64,000 bases of DNA from Bacilli bacterium. Lineage in GTDB: Bacteria; Bacillota_I; Bacilli_A; RFN20; CAG-826. Below the pieces are notes generated by a model. It was not told where the DNA came from, made no database searches, and was given only the letters and a program-made list of their open reading frames with translations. This document shows, piece by piece, positions 46,589-56,974 of this stretch. The position numbers and the translations under genes are program-made. Every line of letters begins with the position of its first letter. The first letter of the stretch is position 1. Location: NCBI GenBank assembly GCA_045600585.1, contig JAZRYE010000011.1:10981-74980 (forward strand), in the 5' to 3' direction.

Positions 46589-48532
46589 ATGAAAAAGGTT
46601 TTTAACTATTTAAAAAGCATTCGTTGGTTATTATTTATATACGATGTTTTGCTTTACACTTTAGTCTATGCCTTCTTCATATTTTTTTCTTCCATAAGTT
46701 TTGCTGAATGGCAAATCTATGTCCACTTCGGTATTTATCTTGCTCTAATCTTTATTTTTAGAATGCTTTGGCGTGTTTATAGACAGATTTGGAGATATGG
46801 TGGAATTCAATCTTATTTAAGATTAATCTTCGCTGATTTAACCGCAATGGCGGCTTATATCATAATTGATATATGTTTAATGAAGTTCTATTACCTCATG
46901 ATTCCTCGTGCAATCATGATCTTTGCTACTTATCTATTAGGATGCTTAGTTTATAGAATGATGTATAGATATATCTATAAATGTGTCAAAAGAGATTCTA
47001 AATTTGGAAAATTTATCTTTGGATTTATCAATATCTTTGGTAGATCAAATATTAATTTAGATAGCCAAGATACAGTTAATAAGATCAAAGTAGCTATCTT
47101 TGGAGCCGGAAGTGTTGGAACATCTTTAGCAGAAGAATTATTAACAAATAAAAATTCTAACTATGTTCCAAGATTATTTATCGATGATGATAAAGACAAG
47201 ATTGGTAGAGAAATCTCTGGCATTGCTGTTAAAGATGTAAATGATGTTGATTCATCAGTATTACATCATTATGAGATACAAGAAGTTATCTTTGCTGTAT
47301 CTCATCTTAAAGTTGAAGAAAAGAAGAGATTATATGAATTATATAAAGGATATGGATTAAGACTTAAAACTTATGACTATCCTGATATGCAAAATGCATC
47401 TAGTTCATCTAAACGTAAATTAAGAGAATTTGATATTGAAGAATTATTATTTAGGGCACCTTTAAATGTTACTAACGATAAGACCACTGAATTCTATAAG
47501 AATAAAGTTATATTAGTTACAGGTGGAGGTGGCTCTATTGGTAGTGAAATTTGTCGTCAAATCGCAAAAATGGAACCAAAACAAATCATTGTCTTAGACA
47601 TTTATGAAAACTGTGCTTATGACATTCAACAAGAGCTAAAAATCAAATATAAAGATGCATTAGATTTAAAAGTAGAAATCTGTTCTATTACTAATAGACC
47701 AGGATTAGAAAAAGTATTTAAAACTTATAGACCTAATATCGTTATTATGGCAGCAGCCCATAAGCATGTCCCATTAATGGAACATAATGTTATTGAAGCA
47801 GTTGATAACAATGTCTTTGGTACATTAAATACAGTCCTTTTAGCAGAACAATATAATGTTGATCGTGTTCATATGGTATCAACAGATAAATCTGTTAATC
47901 CAACATCTATTATGGGTGCAACTAAACGTATATGTGAAATGATTGTTCAATCACATTCGAAAATTGAACAACATACAACATTCTCAATTACAAGATTTGG
48001 TAATGTATTAGGAAGCGCTGGATCAGTTATCCCATTATTTAAAAAAGAAATCGCTAATGGGGGACCAGTAACTATTACAGATAAACGTATCATCAGATAC
48101 TTTATGACAATCCCAGAAGCATCGCAGTTAGTGTTAACAAGTGCTTCAATGGCTAAAAATGGTGAGCTATTTGCTCTTGATATGGGTGAACCAGTTAAGA
48201 TATTAGATCTTGCTGAAAACATGATTAGACTTGCTGGATATGAACCTGATGTTGATATCAAGATAGAAGAGACAGGATTAAGACCTGGAGAAAAGTTATA
48301 TGAGGAACTTCTAATTAAAACAGAAGAACTTGATAAAACAGATAATGAATTAATCTTTATTGAAAGAGATGAACCAATATCATTAGATGAACTTGATATA
48401 AAGTTAAATTCACTACAAAAAGCAGTAGACTCTAATGATGATGAATTAGCAAGAACAGCTGTTATTAAAAGCGTTCCAACGTTTGTAGATAATAGAAAAG
48501 TTAATTCAGAATTCACTGGTAACGAAAGATAA
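46589..48532 (+). CDS. Membrane-bound nucleotide-sugar 4,6-dehydratase (CapD/PglF/WbpM-like)
   Basis: N-terminal TMs; GAGSVG; TGGGGSIGSE; AAHKHVPLME; STDK; MGATKR; RFGNVLGS; GLRPGEKLYEEL. Confidence 0.93.
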   Translation: MKKVFNYLKSIRWLLFIYDVLLYTLVYAFFIFFSSISFAEWQIYVHFGIYLALIFIFRMLWRVYRQIWRYGGIQSYLRLIFADLTAMAAYIIIDICLMKFYYLMIPRAIMIFATYLLGCLVYRMMYRYIYKCVKRDSKFGKFIFGFINIFGRSNINLDSQDTVNKIKVAIFGAGSVGTSLAEELLTNKNSNYVPRLFIDDDKDKIGREISGIAVKDVNDVDSSVLHHYEIQEVIFAVSHLKVEEKKRLYELYKGYGLRLKTYDYPDMQNASSSSKRKLREFDIEELLFRAPLNVTNDKTTEFYKNKVILVTGGGGSIGSEICRQIAKMEPKQIIVLDIYENCAYDIQQELKIKYKDALDLKVEICSITNRPGLEKVFKTYRPNIVIMAAAHKHVPLMEHNVIEAVDNNVFGTLNTVLLAEQYNVDRVHMVSTDKSVNPTSIMGATKRICEMIVQSHSKIEQHTTFSITRFGNVLGSAGSVIPLFKKEIANGGPVTITDKRIIRYFMTIPEASQLVLTSASMAKNGELFALDMGEPVKILDLAENMIRLAGYEPDVDIKIEETGLRPGEKLYEELLIKTEELDKTDNELIFIERDEPISLDELDIKLNSLQKAVDSNDDELARTAVIKSVPTFVDNRKVNSEFTGNER

Positions 48533-48538
48533 TTTAAG

Positions 48539-48564
48539 AAGCGGTTTCTATTTGAACCGCTTTT
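48539..48564 (+). terminator. Intrinsic terminator
   Basis: AAGCGGTTT-6 nt-GAACCGCTT then TT. Confidence 0.8.
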
Positions 48565-48611
48565 GTTTTATACTTAATAAGGTTTATAAAATAAAAAGAA
48601 GGATTTTTAAT

Positions 48612-49829
48612 ATGAATCTAGAACAAGCAAAAGCTAAATTAGCTAAATATAATCAAGAGCATTTATTGAAGTATTATGACGAATTAAACGCTGAACAAAA
48701 ACAAGACTTATTAGATCAAGTTGAAAGCACAGATTTTAGTGTTATTGGTCAAAAAACTTTTGAAGCAAAAGTCACAGAAATTACACCTATTAAAGTATTA
48801 ACATTAAATGAAATTGCTAAAGAAGAAAAAGAAGATAAAGAATACGGTTTAGAATGTTTAAGAACTAACAAAGTGGCACTTCTTTTAGTTGCTGGTGGCA
48901 TGGGAACTAGACTTGGTTCTTCTAATCCAAAGGGTATGTATAATGTTGGATTAACTAGAGAATTATACATTTTTGAATGCCAAATTAATAACATCTTAGA
49001 TGTTGTTAAAGAAGCAGGTGTTTATCCATATTTATTCATTATGACTTCTCCTAAAAATGATGTTGCTACTCGTAACTTCTTTATGGAAAAGAATTACTTT
49101 GGATATGATGCATCTAAAGTCCATTTCTTCATCCAAAATATGGCGCCTATCGTCGATATGAATGGCAAAGTATTATTAGAAGAAAAAGGACAAATCGCTC
49201 TTTCTCCTAATGGTAATGGAGGATGGTTTACATCATTTGTTAATTCTGGATTAATGGAAATTGTAAAAAAAGAAGGTATTGAATATTTCAACCTTTATGC
49301 AGTTGATAATGTCTTACAAAGAATTGCTGATCCAGTATTTATTGGAGCAACATTAAAAGGCAAATACTCATGTGGAGCTAAAGTCATTAAAAAAGCTAAC
49401 CCATATGAAGGATTAGGCGTTATGTGTTTAGCAAATAATAGACCTGCAATTGTTGAATACTATGAACTTACAGATGATATGAGATTTGCTAAAGATGAAC
49501 AAGGTGAATACATCTATTATTACGGAGTAATTATGAATTACTTATTCTCTGTTAATAATTTATTAAGAATTATGAATGAATCATTACCACTTCATAAAGC
49601 ATTTAAGAAATGTGCTTATATTGATGAAGAAGGCAATAAAGTAACTCCAACAGAACCTAATGCTTATAAATATGAAGCTCTTGCGGTTGACTTAGTTAAG
49701 TTAATGGATTCTTGTTTACCATATGAAGTAGTGAGAAATAAAGAATTCGCACCTATTAAGAATTTAACTGGTGTTGATTCCGTTGAATCTGCTAGAGAAT
49801 TATTAAAAGAAAACGGAGTAAAACTCTAA
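48612..49829 (+). CDS. UDP-N-acetylhexosamine pyrophosphorylase, UAP1/UDPGP type-1 family
   Basis: AGGMGTRLG...PKG, IMTS, SPNGNGG, VDN, VEYYE, EFAPIKN; ATG 48612 preferred to TTG 48552. Confidence 0.9.
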   Translation: MNLEQAKAKLAKYNQEHLLKYYDELNAEQKQDLLDQVESTDFSVIGQKTFEAKVTEITPIKVLTLNEIAKEEKEDKEYGLECLRTNKVALLLVAGGMGTRLGSSNPKGMYNVGLTRELYIFECQINNILDVVKEAGVYPYLFIMTSPKNDVATRNFFMEKNYFGYDASKVHFFIQNMAPIVDMNGKVLLEEKGQIALSPNGNGGWFTSFVNSGLMEIVKKEGIEYFNLYAVDNVLQRIADPVFIGATLKGKYSCGAKVIKKANPYEGLGVMCLANNRPAIVEYYELTDDMRFAKDEQGEYIYYYGVIMNYLFSVNNLLRIMNESLPLHKAFKKCAYIDEEGNKVTPTEPNAYKYEALAVDLVKLMDSCLPYEVVRNKEFAPIKNLTGVDSVESARELLKENGVKL

Positions 49830-49845
49830 TAACAATAAACATTAT

Positions 49846-49873
49846 AAAGGCGGTTTAATTCAAACCGCTTTTT
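49846..49873 (+). terminator. Intrinsic terminator
   Basis: AAAGGCGGTTT-aattc-AAACCGCTTTT. Confidence 0.8.
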
Positions 49874-49986
49874 AAATAGTTATTAAGTTATGTAAACTTA
49901 GGTCAAAAATAACTTATTGTAAAAATACATAATTATAAAATATAATTAACTTGGTTATTTATTAACCCATTTTGTGATACTTATTA

Positions 49987-50068
49987 GACAGTACGTGAAG
50001 CTAGGCACATGTATTTAGGTAGGTTGATATCTCTTTCTTGATAATGTCAAGAATGTCTGCTATGCGAC
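49987..50068 (+). promoter_or_regulatory. Candidate structured 5' leader of the loaP-led operon
   Basis: GC-richer tract after a TGnGATACT extended -10-like box (49973-49981); hairpins TACGTG/CACATGTA and TTCTTGAT/GTCAAGAA. Confidence 0.45.
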
Positions 50069-50112
50069 AAAAATGTTAATTTATATTATCAAAGATAATA
50101 TAAGGAGCAATT

Positions 50113-50643
50113 ATGTATTTTGCAATTCATGTTCAAGGTGGTAAAGAAAAGACAATTATTGAAGTAATCAATAATAAGTTAGATAAAACTCATTTTGATG
50201 AAGTGTTTTCACCTGTTCGTGAATCAATAAGAAAAAAAGATGGGAAAGAATATACGATTAATGAAGTATTATTTCCTGGATATATATTTGTTAGCACGAA
50301 CGATCCAAAAGCATTCGCGGCAGAATTATTCTATATACCTCAATATGCAAGAATGTTAGGTAGAGATGAATCTAGTGGTGACTATTTACCATTATCAGAA
50401 GAAGAAGTTGTCATGATGGATACTTTATGTGGTAAAGAAGTAGATAGAACTTTAAAAGCTTCTTTAATCCAACTCGAAGAAGGTAAAAAAGTTAAAGTCG
50501 TTTATGGACAGTTACAAGGATTAGAAGGATATATTTATAAAGTCGATCTACATAAAAGAATATGCACATTAAGAATATCTATCTTAGGTAATAAGTTAGA
50601 TCTTAATGTTCCAATAAGTTACGTTAAAAAACAATCCGATTAA
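50113..50643 (+). CDS. loaP: NusG-paralogue antiterminator (LoaP/UpxY-like)
   Basis: NGN domain (YFAIHVQGGKE...LFPGYIFV) plus KOW (VKVVYGQLQGLEGYIYKVDLHKR); heads a polysaccharide operon. Confidence 0.85.
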   Translation: MYFAIHVQGGKEKTIIEVINNKLDKTHFDEVFSPVRESIRKKDGKEYTINEVLFPGYIFVSTNDPKAFAAELFYIPQYARMLGRDESSGDYLPLSEEEVVMMDTLCGKEVDRTLKASLIQLEEGKKVKVVYGQLQGLEGYIYKVDLHKRICTLRISILGNKLDLNVPISYVKKQSD

Positions 50644-50646
50644 TAT

Positions 50647-51120
50647 ATGAAAAAACTTACTAAATACCAAACAGTAATGTTAATACTAATAAGCATTACA
50701 ATTCTTTTTATTTGGATTCAATCAATGATGTCAAAAACAGCATCATCAAATGAATCCAGCTTCATCAAAGAAGAAATCGTGGAACCTATCTATGAAGCTA
50801 TTACAGGTAAACCAGAAGTCGATTTTGATGTCCGTAAATTAGCGCATGTAATTGAATTTACCGTATTAGGATTAGAAGTATCACTTTTATTCTGTATGGA
50901 AAATGCATTCTTAGGAATTGCCAAAACATATGCATTCTGTGCATTAATCGCGTTCCTAGATGAAACAATACAAATCTTATCTAATAGAGGTCCAATGATC
51001 CAAGATGTGTGGATTGATTTAATTGGAGTATCTATTGGATTAATAGTTGGATTTATTTCGATATTAAGTCATAAGCACTTATATTCGAACAAAAATAAGA
51101 AAGTGGAGGCTAATAATTAA
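50647..51120 (+). CDS. VanZ-family membrane protein
   Basis: VRKLAHVIEF, DETIQ...RG...DVWID motifs. Confidence 0.88.
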   Translation: MKKLTKYQTVMLILISITILFIWIQSMMSKTASSNESSFIKEEIVEPIYEAITGKPEVDFDVRKLAHVIEFTVLGLEVSLLFCMENAFLGIAKTYAFCALIAFLDETIQILSNRGPMIQDVWIDLIGVSIGLIVGFISILSHKHLYSNKNKKVEANN

Positions 51121-51965
51121 TGTTAGTTCTTTGGATTATATTAGGATCTTTTGGTGGCTTATTTGTCTTATTAGGTCTTATTGCTTTAATTAGTCATCCA
51201 TTCTCAATCTATAAAAATAAACCTGAACAAAGAAATCCTATGGAAGGAAAGAAAGTAGTATTTGTTCAAGATGAAAACAATAAAGAAAACGCGGATGGCG
51301 TTAAAGGACATCTTGAAGCAACAGGCAATAGTGAAAAGAAAAGAAGAGCTTACTCGTTCTTTAAACGCTTAATGGATATTATTGTTTCTTTCTTTGCATT
51401 AGTGTTCTTATCTCCAGTTTTATTAGGCTTATCAATTGCTGTATTTGTTTCTGATCCAGGTCCAGTTGTCTTTACTCAAAAAAGACTTGGTAAGAACAAG
51501 AGATATTTTAAATTACATAAGTTCAGAAGTATGAAAATGTGCACACCTCATGATGTACCTACTCATATGTTAGATAGCCCAGAACAATATATTACTAAAG
51601 TTGGTAAATTCATAAGAGCGCATTCTTTAGATGAGCTCCCTCAAATCTGGGATATCTTTATTGGTAATATGTCTATCATTGGTCCTAGACCTGGTTTATG
51701 GAACCAAGATCTATTAACATCAGAAAGAGATAAATATAATGCGAATGATGTTAAACCAGGCTTAACAGGTTGGGCCCAAATTAATGGTAGAGATGAACTT
51801 GAAATTCCAGAAAAAGCAAAACGTGATGGCGAATATGTTGCTAAGTATGGATTTAAAATGGATTGTAAGTGCTTTTTTGGCTCATTACATGTCTTTGGCA
51901 AAGACGATAGTGTTGTTGAAGGGGGCACTGGTGAAATGAAGAAAAAAGAAGAGGAAAATAAGTGA
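51120..51965 (+). CDS. Priming phosphoglycosyl transferase (bacterial sugar transferase)
   Basis: KRLMDI, FTQKRLG, KFRSM, SLDELPQ, GNMSIIGPRP, KPGLTGWAQINGR. Confidence 0.93.
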   Translation: MLVLWIILGSFGGLFVLLGLIALISHPFSIYKNKPEQRNPMEGKKVVFVQDENNKENADGVKGHLEATGNSEKKRRAYSFFKRLMDIIVSFFALVFLSPVLLGLSIAVFVSDPGPVVFTQKRLGKNKRYFKLHKFRSMKMCTPHDVPTHMLDSPEQYITKVGKFIRAHSLDELPQIWDIFIGNMSIIGPRPGLWNQDLLTSERDKYNANDVKPGLTGWAQINGRDELEIPEKAKRDGEYVAKYGFKMDCKCFFGSLHVFGKDDSVVEGGTGEMKKKEEENK

Positions 51966-52786
51966 TGAGATACTCTGTTTTAATGTCTGTTTATAAGAAC
52001 GATGATCCTGATTTCTTAAAAGTAGCGTTAGAGAGTATATATGAAAAACAAACTCGAAAGCCTGATGAAATTGTTGTCGTTTTTGATGGACCGATTCCTG
52101 AAACGTTAAATGATGTGCTAAATAATTTTAGAATTGGAAAAGAGGATGTGGTGTTTTATTATCCTCAGGAAATTAACAAAGGCCTTGGCGAAGCCTTAAG
52201 AATTGGCTCAGAAAAATGCACCGGTGATTACATTTTTAGAATGGATTCTGATGATATTAGTGCCTCGGATAGGTTTGAAAAGCAAATTGCTTTTATTGAA
52301 GCACATCCTGAAATTGATGTGTTGGGAACAGACATTGCCGAATTTAAGTTTAATCCAAATGAAGAAAACAAAAGAGTTAGACAATGTCCTCAAAATCATG
52401 ATGACATAGTTAAAATGGGGAAGAAAAGAAATCCGATGAATCATGTCTCAGTTTGTATGAAGCGTACAGCACTAAATAAATGTGGTGGGTATAGAACGCT
52501 TCTTTTATTAGAAGACTATTATTTATGGCTAAATATGATTGCTTCTAATTGCAAACTTGCCAATATTAATGAATCTTTGGTTTGTGTAAGAGTGGGGAAT
52601 GGTTTCGATTCTAAACGTGGTTCTAAAGAAAGAATTAAAGGTTGGAAAGTTCTTCAAGATTTTATGCTAACGCATTCAATGATTACCAAAAAAGAATCTA
52701 AAAAAAATATGCTTTACATAAGAATATTTGTCAATACTCCTAAGTGGATGAAAAAGATATTATATTCATTGATTTTAAGGAAATAA
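51962..52786 (+). CDS. GT2 glycosyltransferase (AmsE-like)
   Basis: SVLMSVY, RMDSDD, NPMNH, EDYYLW. Confidence 0.9.
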   Translation: MMRYSVLMSVYKNDDPDFLKVALESIYEKQTRKPDEIVVVFDGPIPETLNDVLNNFRIGKEDVVFYYPQEINKGLGEALRIGSEKCTGDYIFRMDSDDISASDRFEKQIAFIEAHPEIDVLGTDIAEFKFNPNEENKRVRQCPQNHDDIVKMGKKRNPMNHVSVCMKRTALNKCGGYRTLLLLEDYYLWLNMIASNCKLANINESLVCVRVGNGFDSKRGSKERIKGWKVLQDFMLTHSMITKKESKKNMLYIRIFVNTPKWMKKILYSLILRK

Positions 52787-52790
52787 TATT

Positions 52791-53888
52791 ATGGTCATTT
52801 TGCATATTGCATGTTTAAATGAATTAAAATTTAGCGGTGTTGGTGTGGTTGTTCCACAGATTGTTGCTTCACAGCAAAAAAACAATATTGTTGGATTAGT
52901 GAATTTAAGTAACATTCCGATTCACGAAATTGATAATCAACTTAATTATAATAAAAAATTTGATATTTCTGATTTGCGATCACCGTTCAATCACCCTGAT
53001 TTAGTTGTTTTTCATGAAATTTATTATCGACAATATCTTCATATTTATAAAAATTTGATGCAAAACAAAATTAAATATATTATTGTTCCGCATGGCGGGC
53101 TTACATCGAAAGCTCAAAAAATAAAGAAATTAAAAAAACTTTTTGCTAATTTTGTTTTTTTTAATGATTTTGTTCATAATGCAGCAGGTATTCATTTTTT
53201 GAGTAGGGACGAAATGAAAGAAAGCAATTTAAAATCAATGAAATATTTTATTTGCGGAAATGGTATTAATTCATTGAATGATCATCCAAAACAGTTTACT
53301 TCAAATTTTATTTTTACCTATATTGGAAGAATTTCTATTTTTCACAAAGGACTTGATTTACTTGTAGATGCTTTTAATCTTTATAACAAAAATCATAACA
53401 CTAAAATTTACTTAAATATTTATGGTCCTGATGGTAAAGATTATCAAAAACTTAGTAACTTAATAAAATCAAAAAAAGACCCGTGCATTTATCTATATAA
53501 AGAAATTTTCGGTTCAAAAAAACTTGAAATTCTAAAATCCTCTACTTATTTTATTCAAGCTTCTAGGTTTGAAGGCATGCCAATGGGAATTCTTGAAGCT
53601 TTGTCTTTCGGTATTCCTGTTGTAGCTACAGAAGGAACAAATATGTCCGAGTACATTGATTGTTATCATGCTGGATTTTGTTCAGATAATTCTTTGTATT
53701 CTATCGTTGAGGCAATTAATAGAGCTGCAAACGTTTCTAATGATGAGTATGAATTAATGTCATATAATGCAACTAAACTAATTAAAGATAATTTTTCATG
53801 GGACAAAATTTCTAAGCAAACAATACAAGGATACAATTATATATTGTCGACTGATAAAGCAAATATTGGGGCAAATGTGGATGAATGA
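52791..53888 (+). CDS. GT4 glycosyltransferase
   Basis: PHGGL, YIGR...KGLD, SRFEGMPMGILEA (EX7E). Confidence 0.9.
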   Translation: MVILHIACLNELKFSGVGVVVPQIVASQQKNNIVGLVNLSNIPIHEIDNQLNYNKKFDISDLRSPFNHPDLVVFHEIYYRQYLHIYKNLMQNKIKYIIVPHGGLTSKAQKIKKLKKLFANFVFFNDFVHNAAGIHFLSRDEMKESNLKSMKYFICGNGINSLNDHPKQFTSNFIFTYIGRISIFHKGLDLLVDAFNLYNKNHNTKIYLNIYGPDGKDYQKLSNLIKSKKDPCIYLYKEIFGSKKLEILKSSTYFIQASRFEGMPMGILEALSFGIPVVATEGTNMSEYIDCYHAGFCSDNSLYSIVEAINRAANVSNDEYELMSYNATKLIKDNFSWDKISKQTIQGYNYILSTDKANIGANVDE

Positions 53889-55026
53889 TTGGATTAGACA
53901 AACAATGTTTATAGAAAGATTAGCTGGAGTTTTTCTCTATGCTCTTTCAGTGCTCTTTGTTTATTTTAAAATTGCAAACAATAGTCATCCAAAACGTACA
54001 CTAAGCATTTACTTGATTGTTTTGACATCGATGGCCTTTTTTTATGTTCCTGGAAAGCAAGCTGATTTGACTAGATTATTAGACATTGGTAATGTCAACT
54101 GGCGAAATGTTGAATTTTCTTATTTTTTAAAAAATATTGCATTTAAATCTTCAACCCCAATTGGTGATTTAATTATTTATATTTTTACTAGGACAAAGTT
54201 TGATGGATTGCTCCCTGCGTTTTGTGCATTTGTTTTTTATTCAAATGTCTTTGCCATTTTTAAAAGATTACTTGCAAATCCTCATCTTTCTAGAAGAAGT
54301 ATTGCACTTTCGTTTTTACTTTTTATGTCGGCCGGATCTTTTTTAGAAGTTATTTCAGATGTAAGATGTTTCGTGGCTTTTTCAATTACTACTAGAATTA
54401 TTTATTTTGAGTTTCTTGATAAGAAGATACATATTATTGATATTTTTGGATTTATTATTGCTTGTTTAATACATTCAACATCTATTCCGCTTGTTATGAT
54501 GTGGATCTCATTTTTTCTTTTTACTGGTAGTAGAAGAACAAATATAAAGAACACTTTTATAAATTTTATGCTTATTTGCTTGTTTGTAATGCTAGTGATT
54601 TTTTATGGTGGGCGATATATTAAATCAAGCGTGGCAAAGGCTGAAAATTTCTTCAAAAATGAAATTTATTCATATTTTTGGGAATATTTAATTGGCTTTA
54701 TAGAAATTATCGTCTTTACTTTAGTTTTAATAGACAAAAAGAAAAATTCCTTACATACTCAAGATGATGATTTATTAAATTTTTGCATAATTATACTTCT
54801 ATTTGTTTTTGCATTCTCGTGGGAATATAACATATTTCATAGATATTTATTGCCGTTATCTATTTTAATGATTCCAATGCTTTCAACTTTGGTCGGTTCG
54901 AAAAAACCAATATTCAGGTTTATTGGCCCTAGTATTAAATCAAATATTTTTTATCTCTCTCTTTTAATTTTATTTATAGCTTGTATTAGAGGTAATTTGT
55001 GCGGATATAAATTTTTTATCCTTTAA
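53881..55026 (+). CDS. wzy: Putative polysaccharide polymerase (Wzy/EpsG-like)
   Basis: About 10 hydrophobic segments; D...R...IHS...R pattern of the EpsG family; locus position; start uncertain (53875/53881). Confidence 0.72.
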   Translation: MNDWIRQTMFIERLAGVFLYALSVLFVYFKIANNSHPKRTLSIYLIVLTSMAFFYVPGKQADLTRLLDIGNVNWRNVEFSYFLKNIAFKSSTPIGDLIIYIFTRTKFDGLLPAFCAFVFYSNVFAIFKRLLANPHLSRRSIALSFLLFMSAGSFLEVISDVRCFVAFSITTRIIYFEFLDKKIHIIDIFGFIIACLIHSTSIPLVMMWISFFLFTGSRRTNIKNTFINFMLICLFVMLVIFYGGRYIKSSVAKAENFFKNEIYSYFWEYLIGFIEIIVFTLVLIDKKKNSLHTQDDDLLNFCIIILLFVFAFSWEYNIFHRYLLPLSILMIPMLSTLVGSKKPIFRFIGPSIKSNIFYLSLLILFIACIRGNLCGYKFFIL

Positions 55027-55033
55027 TGTCTTT

Positions 55034-55960
55034 ATGCTGGTTTCAATTATTATTCCTGTTTTTAATGTTTGTGAATATTTAGAGAAATGTTTATATTCAA
55101 TTATGAACCAATCATTTAAGGATATAGAAATTATATTGATTGATGATGGATCTACTGATGGCAGTGAAATAATATGTGACAAATTTGTGGAGAAAGACTT
55201 AAGAATTAAAACTTTTCATAAAAAAAATGGAGGTCTAAGTAGCGCAAGAAATTTCGGATTATCAAAAATATCAGGCGATTATGTTTGCTTTATTGACAGC
55301 GATGATTGGATAGATAAAAATTTTATTTTTGACCTATATTCTTCTATTACTCAATTTGGGTGTGATGTTGCATGTTGTGGGAGAAAAATATTTGATGGAA
55401 CTAGATTTTATAAGAGCCTTTGTCCAAAAAATAATCAAATTATGGATGGTGAGCTGTTTTTAAAAGAAATGCTCTTGTTTCACGGTACAAATTTTTCCTT
55501 TTGTGACAAAATGTTTAAATCAAGTCTTTTTAGTAACGTTCTCTTTCCAGAAGGGAAATATTTTGAAGACACAGGCACAATGTATAAAATCATTCCTTTA
55601 ATTAATAAAGCTATTTTTGTTCCTAAAATGCTTTATATTTATAATCAAAGAATAAATAGTATTACACATTCTTCTTATGAAAAATTTGATGACTTAATTT
55701 TTTATGGCAATACTATTGTGGGTTTTGTTAAATGCAATTATCCTAAGATTCTTATTTCAGCAAAAACGTTTTTAACTGATTGCTATTTTGAGCAATTTGA
55801 AATGATTTTAATAATGAAAAGTAAAACAAATAAGAAAAAATATCTTAAACATATTATTGCTAATAACTATAGATTTTTATCATTTAAAAATAAGATTAAA
55901 TTCATTTTGATTTTGTTAGGATTGTTTAATATAATGCACGCTCTTTTTATAAGCAAATAG
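55034..55960 (+). CDS. GT2 glycosyltransferase
   Basis: SIIIPVFN, DDGSTD, GLSSARN, FIDSDD, FED. Confidence 0.92.
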   Translation: MLVSIIIPVFNVCEYLEKCLYSIMNQSFKDIEIILIDDGSTDGSEIICDKFVEKDLRIKTFHKKNGGLSSARNFGLSKISGDYVCFIDSDDWIDKNFIFDLYSSITQFGCDVACCGRKIFDGTRFYKSLCPKNNQIMDGELFLKEMLLFHGTNFSFCDKMFKSSLFSNVLFPEGKYFEDTGTMYKIIPLINKAIFVPKMLYIYNQRINSITHSSYEKFDDLIFYGNTIVGFVKCNYPKILISAKTFLTDCYFEQFEMILIMKSKTNKKKYLKHIIANNYRFLSFKNKIKFILILLGLFNIMHALFISK

Positions 55961-55997
55961 ATATATTTTTAGGTACATTATATTGGAATATAGAAAT

Positions 55998-56969
55998 ATG
56001 AAAGTAAGCATTATTATTCCCGTCTTTAATTCTTTTAATTATCTAGAGCAATGTGTTAATTCAGCTCTAAATCAGTCTTATAAAGATATTGAGATTTTAT
56101 TGATTGATGATGGGTCAACTGATGGAAGCGAATCAATTTGTGACTATTATGCATCTCTAGATACAAGAGTGAAAACTTATCATCTTAGTAATCAGGGTGT
56201 CTCACATGCGAGGAATTTTGGCATAGCAAAAGCAAATGGTGATTATATATCTTTTCTTGATGCTGATGACCTGATGGACCAAACCATGATTGAAATGATG
56301 ATAGGCGCTACAAATAATGGGAAAATAGATATTGTTCAATGTGGATTTAAAACCATAAAAATAAATGGTTCTTGCCTTAAAGAATATTTATATGACTACG
56401 ATAATCTTGCTTCTTGTAATTTTGTAAATTATCTATTTCATCCGCATAAATATATTTCAAATAATGTTTGGACTAAATTGATTAAAAGAAGCGTTTGTAC
56501 CAGTATTAAATTTAATGAAAAATTAAAGATAGGTGAAGACTTTCTTTTTGTGATTGATGCCTTATTGATATCAAAGTCAATAAGAATAATTCCGAATTTG
56601 CTTTATGTTTATTATAAGAGGTCTGGTTCTGCAACAAACTCAACTTTTTCATTAAAAGAATTTGATGATTTTGATATTGATGATTATTTGCTTAATAGAT
56701 TTAATAGTTCTTCATATCTAAAAAAATTGATTAATGGAAGAGATGCTAAAAGATGCGTCGAGATCTATGTTTCTGCCTTTAAATGTTTCTTAAATAAAAA
56801 ATATAAGAAGTTTATCATTTCTAGACTAAAAAGCGATAAGCACAGGGTAAGATTAAGTTTTAGATACGAAATTTCTATTTTTTTGCTTGTAAAAGTCCCT
56901 GTTCTATTTGATTGTATTTTAAGCATATGTTATAGACGAAATTCTAATAAATATATGATAAAAGGATAA
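55998..56969 (+). CDS. GT2 glycosyltransferase
   Basis: SIIIPVFN, DDGSTD, GVSHARN, FLDADD, GED. Confidence 0.92.
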   Translation: MKVSIIIPVFNSFNYLEQCVNSALNQSYKDIEILLIDDGSTDGSESICDYYASLDTRVKTYHLSNQGVSHARNFGIAKANGDYISFLDADDLMDQTMIEMMIGATNNGKIDIVQCGFKTIKINGSCLKEYLYDYDNLASCNFVNYLFHPHKYISNNVWTKLIKRSVCTSIKFNEKLKIGEDFLFVIDALLISKSIRIIPNLLYVYYKRSGSATNSTFSLKEFDDFDIDDYLLNRFNSSSYLKKLINGRDAKRCVEIYVSAFKCFLNKKYKKFIISRLKSDKHRVRLSFRYEISIFLLVKVPVLFDCILSICYRRNSNKYMIKG

Positions 56970-56974
56970 TTAAT

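Noticed and set aside
50647-51120. Glycopeptide resistance (vanZ)
   Set aside because: No van cluster genes; VanZ-like proteins are common in polysaccharide loci
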